In this document: positions 53,633 to 64,000 of the stretch, piece by piece
Position numbering within the stretch: the first letter of the stretch is position 1
How the letters are laid out: each line of letters begins with the position of its first letter
DNA from: Octopus sinensis
Lineage: Eukaryota
NCBI RefSeq assembly: GCF_006345805.1
Contig: NC_043008.1
Span: 54,808,001 to 54,872,000 of the forward strand
Length of the DNA stretch: 64,000 nt
Direction of reading: 5' to 3'
The notes under the pieces: generated by a model
What the model was told of the DNA's origin: nothing
The model's database searches: none
The model's input: only the letters and a program-made list of their open reading frames with translations
Position numbers and translations under genes: made by a program

Positions 53633-53858
53633 TTGGGTTGTCCGGAAAGTTCGTGCCGATTTTATAGTAGCTTACCTTTCGACTTACCCTCCCAGGCACC
53701 TCAATTCTGGGAAGAGGATATTTTCAAGTTAAAGGAAAGATGGAGACGCATTGTGCAACAAAATGGTTCATATTTGGTTGATTAAAAATGTAATGGCAAG
53801 TATGTATTGACATTTTTCTTTCCTTTAAAAATCGGCACAAACTTTCCGGACTACCCAA
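53633..53858 (+). mobile_element. 226-bp internally deleted (MITE-like) derivative of the same mariner
   Basis: Both TIRs with TA target duplications. The 5' subterminal sequence is joined directly to the last ~30 codons and 3' end of the element. Confidence 0.9.
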
Positions 53859-54019
53859 TATATACAAATCAAAATGGAAAGTTTTGTGCAGTCCGAAGCG
53901 AGACCAAGATCTGCTTTTGATTTTAAGTTGTAAGCATTTTCTCGCATCTACATCACTAACATTATCATAAAATGCGCGATCTACACCTCACACTAAAAAC
54001 TTCACGCGAAAAACAGGAT

Positions 54020-54290
54020 GAGCTGCTAGATTCCCTCTTATCTGAAATACATCCGTGGATATCTTATAAAGTGTATTTGCCACTAGAGGGAAGATACTCA
54101 GCTCTTCAAAAGAAGCTACTCGTCTGATACTTTGGCATCCTCTAGATTCCTAATATCCGGCATACAAGTCGAATTTCAAGTCAGAAAAGATAGGTCGGCT
54201 TATACACCAAGACGACTTTGAAGAACAAAAGATTCAATGTGAGACACTGGAGGATTTGGAGAGATAGTGAGGACGTTTGAATGCTTACAC
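54020..54290 (+). mobile_element. Highly decayed RTE-like LINE 3' remnant
   Basis: RLILWHP..GR..Y-like residues resembling the RTE C-terminal W-x-P...GRP pattern. Confidence 0.35.
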
Positions 54291-55664
54291 TGCATGTGTA
54301 TGCTATAACTATGTCGAAAATATGACAATCGATTTCTCGTTATTTTAGCCAGGTTAGTAAGTGCGTCTGGCCCAATGGATAGTGTGTTGCACTTAAGATC
54401 GCAAAATCGTGCTCTGAATCCCGGACCAGACGGTGCAGTGTATTTTTGAATAAAACACGTTATTCCTCGTTGATTTAGACCTCTCAGGTGTAAAAGAGGA
54501 GCCCTGCAACGGACTGGCTTCCTGTTCAGGCTGAATGTTGTAATCTCGGTTGCTTATACATCATAGAAGCCGGGTAGTGCTCAACATGACTTGTTAAGGC
54601 TTACATCTATGAAAATATTTAAAAGCATTCATAAAATAAATTCATGTGCAACGGACAAGAGATGAGTACAGATGTATCGGTCAGCTTCATTCAGACAATT
54701 GGGATGAATCGATATAGTTCCTAGCTTGATGAGATTCGAATAATGATCGAAATCTGATGAAGGTTGTTCTTTAATTTTCAAATCTAATTAGAAATAAGTA
54801 AATTTGACATGATTGTAAAGTGTTTACATTATTTAATCCATTGAGGTTTCAAGGTGTAGGTATGAAAGCTAGAATTATCGGTTTAGCCTTTGAAACTAAA
54901 TATTGTTTATAATAGTGAGAGGAAGAATAATAAACCCATTGAATATAAATTGAAATCTTTAAACTCTATTTAATTATCGTTTTTTTTTGTAGTGTAAAAT
55001 GTGGAATAGAAGAAATATTTACTTGCTCAGAATAGATGTTATGACATTACTCTCTTTCTCTCTCTCTTCCTCATTTAATGATGAAGAGCTAGAACTCCAA
55101 GTTCTAGTAACCTAGACTTAGTAACCTACCTCATAATTACACACACACACCTAACTATAATAAATTAGTTCGCAAAACAAAAACAAAACAAAACAAAAGA
55201 CAACAAAAAGGTGTCCGTCAGGTACCTTTGAGTAACAATCTAGCAACATGGGGTCGGAAAATATTTATAATATTTCCATTCTACAAATTCCACAGTCAAA
55301 GTGAAAAACAGAGAAAAGAACTTTCCAACCCACACTAAATACACAATAGTACTAATATTTAGAGATACTATTTCTACTGCTACGACCACTACCACTAACA
55401 ACAACAACAACAATAGTAAAGGTGCTCATGATGATGATAGCAGGAAAATACTAGTTAAGTCAAGGGAAAAGTCAGTAAAAATAATCTTATTTAGGTTTAA
55501 AGTTCTATTAACACAGCTACTCCTACCACGACCACCACGAGCACAGCCACGACGACGACCACTACGACGACCACCACGACCATGACGACGACGACGACAA
55601 CGACATTCTGCAGTCTATGTATTTAAGGCACACATTTTAGCCATCCCAATACAGTTGTAAATTT

Positions 55665-55894
55665 CTTCTTTACTGCCCACAAGGGGCTACACACAGAGGG
55701 GTCAAACAAGGATAGACAAACGGATTAAGTCGATTATATCGACCCCAGTGCGTAAGTGGTACTTATTTAATCACCCCCGAAAGAATGAAAGGCAAAGTCG
55801 ACCTCGGCGGAATCTGAACTCAGAACGTAGCAGCAGACGAAATACCGCTAAGCATTTCGCCCGGCGTGCCAACGTTTCTGCCAGCACGCCGCCT
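55665..55894 (-). mobile_element. SINE family C
   Basis: Reverse complement of 12969-13203. Confidence 0.85.
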
Positions 55895-56249
55895 AGAACT
55901 GTCACCACTTCTATATGAACATGAAGATTGCATAGTTTAATGCACGAAAGTTCTACAGTACACTTCGGATAAAACAGACACCTCGGGAAAATTTGTCGGT
56001 TATATCCGATTATCAGTTATAACCGGAAACGAAGTGAAATCCGTTTGTACCGCGCATCCTTCTACGGAGCATCCAGTATACGATGAGATTCATCAGGATA
56101 AGCCATCACATTGTAATCTCAGGATTCATGAATACTAAATAAAAATCAGCATATTGAATTACTGTACTGTTGCTAATCTACTCTTGTAAAATTGACAGAT
56201 TTGAGATGAAGTACATGCGAAGACGTTCGCGTTCACATACGTATGCATT

Positions 56250-57837
56250 TATTTCGGTTTCGGTTCGAAAAAATTGGTAATTTTCTTTTGTTTCAGAATG
56301 GTAAATTGATTCACAAGAATACTATGTATTCTTTTGAATCACAAGAATACATAGTATTCTTGTGAATCAGTTTCTCTGTTTCCACTGTTCAATCGAAAAC
56401 GCCTTCCGCCTCTGGCCATTCTGTCGAGAGAGACCAAACCGTCGCAAAGTATTCAAGATGCGGAATATGCATCACCACTTGTAGGAGGAGTATTGGATTT
56501 ACCACCTTCCGCATTCCCATCATCACCATCACCAGCTTCGTCGTCGATATCAGCACAGTGTCATCTGCAGAGCTTCTCAATTCTGCGACAATGTCCTCGT
56601 AAGCCCAACGTTCGGTAGTACTGACATTAGCCGAATCGATGCTCACATACTCATCTAATGGCGGACGTTTTACGCCCTAAATGTCATTTAGACGATTCCA
56701 AAGGTTTCGAAGAACCGTGTTGTCATCATCAACAATCTGGATTTCATTGTCCGCAAATCGAACGTCTCTCGTCTCTTCCGCACTTTCGTTCGCAGGTTGG
56801 TCGACGAAACCGGCTTTCTTCGGACAGTTTTGCATTTGAGTATCTTCCAGCTGGATTTCACACCTAGTAAACAATGCAGAATGTCCCATTTGAAATCTTG
56901 ATTGTTTTCAGCGACTGTTAGCCATCGGCCAGTCAATATTCTTCTTTAGTGCAATTTCAAGTTCTTTATAATTCCTGCGTCTATAGGTTGCGTTACAGAC
57001 GTGGTATTTGGGGAGATGAAGGTCGGCTCGACATTTTTCAGTTCAACTTGTGAGTGGGCTGAGCAGTTGTCGACGATCATAGCAAGTTTTCGATTTTCGT
57101 TTCATACGACGGTCAAAATTTCTCATCTCAGATTCGAAAATGTCACCACGCATCCAAGCTTTTTTATTCGTCTGGTACATAACGCGGTTTTGCAATTTTA
57201 CCTATTGCGAGAAACGGCATTTTTTCAGATCCGTCCATGTTGGAGCCGACCAGAAAAGTTATTCTCGTTTTGGGTTGCTTTTTCCATTTATTCTGTTCAC
57301 CAATAAACCCAAGGCTTGCCAAAAAAGACCAGCCTCGCCACAATTGAATATGTGACGTTCTTGAAAGCGTGTCAGAACGTCGTTCATCACACCTTCTCTC
57401 CACTCCTTAACCAAATCCAGTTCCACACCTCCGGATACACCTGACTTCAGGATTTTTCCTACATTCCAGCGTTTCTTCCACCTTTCAATCCATGCAAAAT
57501 GTTTGCATGGTTGAATTCCTTCGCAAAATATGCGGCTTTCTGTATCAACATTTCCCCATGAATACGTAAATCCGGCTTGGAGTAAAATTTTCTGCACATC
57601 ATAATTTGTCACACGGAATCGCTTTCTAGAAGAAGTGTCTGGTCTCGTGTCCTTCTGTCTCGATTCCTCTCAGATCTTGTCCTTGTTTTTAATAATGTCA
57701 CTGAGTGTCTGCTCTGGAATTTCAACGTGTAATGCGGTAGCTGTCTTTTTCATCGAGCTATTCCTGTTACAGTATTCTAAAATTTCCAACTTTTCATCGG
57801 TGGTTAGAGCACCCTTTTTCCTTTTCGAACTGATCAT
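56250..57837 (-). pseudogene. Tigger/TIGD-like transposase pseudogene (MISSKRKKGALTTDEKLEIL...IFNCGEAGLFW...RITFLVGSNMDGSEKMPFLAIGK...VDNCSAH...PNTTSVTQPIDAGII...KQKKITNFF)
   Basis: ORF-track fragments 57670-57957, 57259-57612 and 57164-57403 plus manual reading; multiple stops and frameshifts. Confidence 0.88.
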
Positions 57838-58159
57838 GTTCAATGGAAATGGAAAATTCAACACGAAAATATACAAATTCGCCCAACAAAAGGACGTAAA
57901 TGAGACAAAAACGTATGGATCTTTATAGCTTTCATCACTGTAAGTGGAAATCTTCAAAAAGGAAAAAAAAAACGCTAAATCATAATTTGTTATTCATTTA
58001 TTCCAGAAAAATTTTGCGAATATGTTATAGGTGTTCAAATTGTGATTAATTTCAGAATTTCAGTATTTCAGCCAATCAGAAAACAGCGCGTTCGCTGCCT
58101 CTTCTATCGTCTACCACAGTGGCGAAAATAGAGGGGCCGCCGGCATGTCAAAACATTAG

Positions 58160-58560
58160 AAATAACAGTGAAAAACATTAAAACATACACGATTAAGTTA
58201 AATATTTAAAAGCTACGAGCAAATCAACTACAGTTGCTGGAAATAACAGTCAAAACATTAACATATACAGGAGCAAAGTAAACAGTGATATTAAAAACAT
58301 ACGCGAGCAAATTAAATACCTAAAAGAATATTAAAAATACGCAAGCAAATTAAACATTAAAAAAACACTATTAAAACATACGAGAGCAAATTTAATATCT
58401 AAAAAAATATAAAAAATACGCAAGCAAATTAAACATTAAAAAAACACTATTAAAACATACGAGAGCAATTTTATATCTAAAAAAATATTAAAACATACGT
58501 GAGCAAATTAAATATTTAAGAAAATATTAAAAAATACGCTAGCAAACTAAAAATTGAAAA
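58160..58560. repeat. AT-rich ~30/61-bp tandem minisatellite inside the Tigger element upstream of the transposase
   Basis: Repeated ttaaaa(c)atacg(c/a)(g/a)agcaaatt units. Confidence 0.75.
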
Positions 58561-58974
58561 GCGACGTGCAAACCAACTAGATTTGCTAGAAATAAATCAA
58601 AACATTGCTTAAAACATATTTATTAGTTAAAAGATAACCAAGGTTCTTTACATTGTTTTTTTAATATTGGTGCCGTAAAAATCGTCCGTTATAAGCGAGT
58701 GTCACAGAAGCGTTACAGGAGCCGAAATCTATATGAAATTTCCATTGCGAAAATCCGTACCAGACAATTTTGTCCGTTATAAGTGATTGTCTGTTATATC
58801 CGAAGTCTACTGTAGTTCAATCAGAATAAACATTTAATATTTTAGTATTTCATTGTATTATATTATTATAAGATTGTAAATAAAACGTGAAAATCAAAGT
58901 TGGAATTCCTTTGATTAATATGTATATATATATTAATCAAATATATATATATTAATCGTAGAATATACACGCAT

Positions 58975-59228
58975 CAAGTTTAAATGGGCTGGATACGTCG
59001 CCCGGCTCACCGATAATCGGTGGATCCGCGCAGTTGTCGAGTGGAACCCGCGCGAGCGGAAACGACCACTCGGAAGGCCTCCACGACGATGGAGTTACGA
59101 TTTTAGGAGAGCGATTAGGATCACGTGGATGAGGAAGGCGCGATCCAGAGAGGAGTGGACAGCGTACTGTGACCAGCGGTGTCAAATGGACGCCCGACGG
59201 ACTGGTCAGTCAAGGTGATCAAGGTGAT
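58975..59228 (+). mobile_element. 3' terminal fragment of an RTE-clade LINE
   Basis: Open frame KFKWAGYVARLTDNRWIRAVVEWNPRERKRPLGRPPRRWSYDF...TWMRKARSREEW, the conserved RTE C-terminal pattern, followed by a short tandem tail (tcaaggtga)2; inserted in TA-rich DNA. Confidence 0.85.
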
Positions 59229-59246
59229 ATATATATGTGTGTGTGT

Positions 59247-59287
<41 letters not shown>

Positions 59288-59904
59288 TATAAGCATGGAT
59301 ACACATGGATGCACGTATATAAGTTGGCACAGAAATACAGAGCTAGATGCATTAGTTTTCGACAGTTTCAATTAAACTTGTTTCTTCAGTAGTAATAAGT
59401 TACGTTTTGATCTGTGGATTTTCAGGAATGCAGTGAAAATATATTTAGCATAAAGTAATATGAGATGAGGATCAATTTGAAATAGAAAGGAATTAGAGAG
59501 ATCTCCTGGTGGGACTTGATCTCATATCTATCACTAACCTGTTGACCAACTGACTGTTTTTGCTCTACAGTTGACTTGTTGATTCTTCTCTCTCAAAAAA
59601 TTAGTTCGCTGCTTCTGGTCGGATAATAAGCGAGAAGTTCTGACACGTAAATGTTATAACTATTGCACCGAGCTAATTACGAAGTAATTCTATCAGTGAA
59701 TGGTTCTGCTGGATACATGAGTGTGTGTGTGCTTGTGTATGTGTGTGTGTGTGTGTTTGTTCGTGTGTGCGTGTGTTCGCATGCTCCAGCATGGCCACAG
59801 TCACATGGATGAAACAAGTAAAAGAGTATATGAGCATGTCTAGATATGCAACTATATGCATGAAGATACATACATAAAGCAAAACATACACATCTGTACA
59901 TACA

Positions 59905-59935
<31 letters not shown>

Positions 59936-59985
59936 GCATGTATATTATGTATGCCTGTCTCTATTCATGTATCTATATGTCTGTA

Positions 59986-60215
59986 GTGGAGGCGCGTGGC
60001 TTAGTGGTTAGGACGTTGAACTCATGATCGTAAGGTTGTGGTTTCGATTCCTGGACCGGGCGATGCGTTGTGTTCTTGAGCAAAACACTTCATTTCACGT
60101 TGCTCCAGTCCACTCAGCTGGCAAAAATGAGTAATCCTGCGACGGACCGGCGTCCCGTCCAGGTGGGGGATTTCTACCGGGAAACCGGCCCTTATGAGCT
60201 TTGCATAGCCCGAGA
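59986..60215 (+). mobile_element. SINE family A
   Basis: Same head and body as 29635-29880 in the opposite orientation, with a variant tail. Confidence 0.8.
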
Positions 60216-60572
60216 GGGAACATTTTATGTCTGTGACGATCTTGTCCCCTACCACCGCTTGCCATCCAGTGTTGGTTTACCTCGCCGTTATCTTTCGATC
60301 TGACAAAAAGGAAAATTGGAATAAATATCAGGCTTTAAAAACAGTGCTGGAGTCGTTTCTTTTCAGCTAAACGCCTGAACATCATGCTGCAGCATGGCCG
60401 CAGTCCAATGACTGTGACAACAAACATTTAAAAGATAAAACAAAAAACACCTTGTAAGGGTGACTGACGAATCTGAACATTATGTTTTGGTATATCCAAC
60501 ACCTCTATAAAAAAGTAATAAAAATGAACCATTCGTATATATATCTATTAAAAATATGATATCCAGTCTCCA

Positions 60573-60613
<41 letters not shown>

Positions 60614-60976
60614 AATATTTATTTGGCATGTGAAGTGAAGGTTTGCTTCATAAAAAAATCGTGATGTATGGGTTATGAAGTGATTTTTGGATGTCTGAAT
60701 CGAGAATACATTTAAGTCACCATCTTCAATGAACTTTACTTCCACTGACAGCCTTCTGAACTGGAGAAACCTAAGTTACACAGACGCGCGCAAGCACACA
60801 CACACAAACATGCGTGTGTATATATATGCACATATGTATGTGTACATAATTATATTTATATCCAAATCGAACATATACGTAGATACATATAAATAAAGAC
60901 ATAGATAGATTGACAGATACATCCATATATATATATTATATATATGCATACATACATATATACATACATACATATT

Positions 60977-61369
<393 letters not shown>

Positions 61370-61376
61370 ATATATA

Positions 61377-61423
<47 letters not shown>

Positions 61424-62116
61424 CATGCATATATACATGCATATATATATATATACGTATGTATATTATTTATATTGTGTGTGCATTTATGCAATAATTT
61501 CTACGACAGAAATATGACATGACAACTATAGCAAGAAGAAGAATAACAGCAACAGTAGCAGCAGCAGCGACAACAACCACAACCACAACCACAACAACAA
61601 ATAAACAAACAAACACAATACATTATTTGATCAAAAGTGAAGAATAAATCAAGTCATAGGCAACGAGGCTATGTGTATGTCTATGAAAAAAACAAACCAA
61701 GCCCAAATAACAAAACAACATTCCATTTATATGTTTGTAATTTATTTCAAATAAAAGTTTTCTACTTTAACAGGAACGCAAAAAAAAAAAATCCCAAAGA
61801 ATATCGGAAAAACAAGGAAAAAGCAAAGACTCATGTAAGAAAAGTAAAATTTTATATATAAAATTGAATGTACCGAAAACAAGATTCATATCGCTAAACA
61901 GAACATTATTTCTTATCATTCTCCTTTTTTATCACTGTTTCCTCATCTTACGAAATAATGATCCACTCACTAAAATTAACTACATCCATCTATAAAGTTT
62001 GCACTAAACTTAAGCATTCAAATATCTCCTTTCCTTCTTATTTTTTGAGAAATTATTATCAGAATTAATGACATTCTCATTATTGATACACAAGTCTCTC
62101 TCTCTGTGTCTATTTG

Positions 62117-62156
<40 letters not shown>

Positions 62157-62805
62157 TGTATTATATATATATATATATTATCTTATATTATATATATATA
62201 TATATTATATTTGTGTGTGTGTGTGTGTGTGGTGGTGTGTATGTATATATTAATTTATATGATGGGCTTCTCTTTTTCCGTCTACCAAATCTACATGCAA
62301 AGCTTTGCTTTAGTCAGCTCAAGGCTAAAGTAGAAGATACTAGCCCAAGGTCTCATGCAGTGGGACTGAACCCTGAACCATGTGTTTGGGTGGGAAGCAA
62401 GCTTCTTACCACATAGCCGCGCGTGCGCCTATATATATATATATATATATACCATTTTTACCCCTCCGCAAAAAATTCCAAATGATATTCAATTTGCTTT
62501 GCGGGAAGGACTGTTTCAATTAAGTCGCGTCTTGTCCTTACCTTCGTAACGCGGAGTAGACGAAACCGAGACAACTGAAGAAGGGGAATATTCCTTGTGT
62601 TGTCTGTCTTGTACTGTTTTTTCGTTGTTTGAAAAAAATGTTCGTTTCCATGTTTTTGTTTTTGTGTTTTCGTTTCTCACTGTGTTTCAACGGTTTTTGA
62701 TGTCCTATACCCATATACGCATGTATATATACACATAGATGTAGGTATGTACATATATGTATGTATATATGCATATATTATTTATACCATTTATATATTA
62801 TTTAT

Positions 62806-62852
<47 letters not shown>

Positions 62853-63059
62853 CATATATATACATATGTGTGTGTGCTTGTGTGTGGGTGTGTGTATACA
62901 CCTACACCTACGCGCGCGCATACACACACTCGGAAGTGCTGTACCGAAAGTAATGCGTAAGTGGGCATAGCAGTTTGACCAAGTGACAGTGGGGCGTTGA
63001 AATTACTAATGTTTGTTGAGTCACTCTCTGTCTATACAAAAATACTGCACAACACAGTC

Positions 63060-63635
63060 TCCTCTTACAGACTATACAAATAAGCTATCTTTTGATCCTC
63101 TCTGAACACATTCGGGTGTCTCTGTTGTACCGACTTCTTCCAAGCCACTTTCTCATTGACTTCGTCATCAGATCACTGTCACTGAAGATTGTCACTTTTT
63201 CAGTGAACCGAACAGGTGGAAGTCAGAGGTGCCAGATCTGGGCCCTAGGATAAGTAGAGGAACGCTTATCAACCCAAGAGGAGGCGCAATGGCCCAGTGG
63301 TTAGGGCAGCGGGCTTGCGGTTGGAGGATCGCGGTTTCAATTCTCAGACCGGGCGTTGTGTGTGTTTATTGAGCAAAAACACCTAAAAGCTCCACGAGGC
63401 TCCGGCAGGGTGTGGTGGCGACCCCTGTTGTACTCTTTCGCCCCAACTTTCTCTCACTCTTTCTTCCTGTTTCTTGAGTAACACTGCGATGGATTGGCGT
63501 CCCGTCCAGCTAGTGGGAACACATGCGCCACAGAAACCAGAAAACTGGGCCAATGAGCCTGGCTAGGCTTGAAAAGGCCGCATCAACCCAATTCGCTGAT
63601 TGTTTGATTCGTTTCCAAAGATGTGTGTGATAGCA
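63060..63635 (-). mobile_element. Old, highly decayed mariner transposase fragment interrupted by a SINE
   Basis: Minus-strand reading HTSLETNQTISELG..//..GPDLAPSDFHLFGSLK becomes contiguous once the SINE at 63278-63581 and one copy of its 10-bp TSD atcaacccaa are removed. Confidence 0.75.
63278..63581 (+). mobile_element. SINE family B head with the tail seen on family A copies; TSD atcaacccaa
   Basis: 10-bp TSD at 63268-63277 and 63582-63591. Confidence 0.83.
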
Positions 63636-63689
63636 AACTATCATAGCGATTGTTCGTCGCTTTTAGATACTTGTTCGGGCTCTTTACTC

Positions 63690-64000
63690 TTTTACTCTTT
63701 TCCTTGTTTCAGTCATTTGACTGAGGCCATGCCGGATCACCGCCTTTAGTCGAGCGAATCGACCCCAGGACTTATTCTTTGTAAACCTAGTACTTATTCT
63801 ATCGGTCTCTTTTGCCGAACCGCTAAGTTACGGGGACCTAAACACATCAGCATCGGTTGTCAAGCGATGTTGGGGGAACAAACACTGACACACAAACACA
63901 CACACATATATACATATATACGACGGGTTTCTTTCCGTCTACCAAATCCACTCACCCGGCTTTGGTCGGTACGAGGCTATAGTAGAAGACACTTGCCCAA
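63690..64000 (-). mobile_element. SINE family D, running off the window end
   Basis: Matches 38346-38660. Confidence 0.82.

Larger units (their letters stand above)
53183..55047. repeat. Long diverged inverted repeat: arms ~53183-53444 and ~54790-55047, ~1.35 kb spacer
   Basis: catctattctgagcaagtaaat...aaggctaaaccgatagttctagctttcatac versus gtatgaaagctagaattatcggtttagcctt...atttacttgctcagaatagatg. Confidence 0.88.
55956..58812 (-). mobile_element. Full-length (~2.86 kb) pogo/Tigger-family DNA transposon, decayed
   Basis: TA-CAGTA...TACTG-TA ends with 25-bp TIRs (cagtacacttcggataaaacagaca / tgtctgttatatccgaagtctactg). CENP-B-type HTH and DDE_1 motifs on the minus strand. Confidence 0.93.

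Noticed and set aside
56250-57837. Domesticated TIGD/CENP-B-like host gene
   Set aside because: Multiple stops and frameshifts plus retained TIRs and TA TSDs indicate a dead transposon.

Overview
AT-rich, microsatellite- and SINE-dense animal genomic DNA. The repeat landscape (tRNA-headed SINEs, Nin/Deu-type SINE core, long (TA)n/(CA)n/(TACA)n tracts) and the peptide found suggest an octopod cephalopod; this is an inference. Nearly all ORFs in the supplied track are microsatellite or repeat noise. The one real host gene is absent from the track: a + strand, spliced allatostatin-C (somatostatin-family) neuropeptide precursor. It has a TATA/Inr promoter at ~22.7 kb, a signal-peptide exon (22836-22937), a ~25.4 kb phase-0 intron, and a terminal exon (48372-48542) encoding ...RKR|AVITACYFQAVSCY*. 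A candidate alternative signal-like 5' exon pair lies at 46451-46631. The rest of the window holds decayed mariner copies and MITEs, a full-length decayed pogo/Tigger element, RTE-LINE fragments, a 5.8S rRNA retropseudogene fused to a SINE, four modular SINE families, several foldback palindromes and degenerate hammerhead-like motifs. Coordinates were counted by hand; repeat boundaries are approximate.
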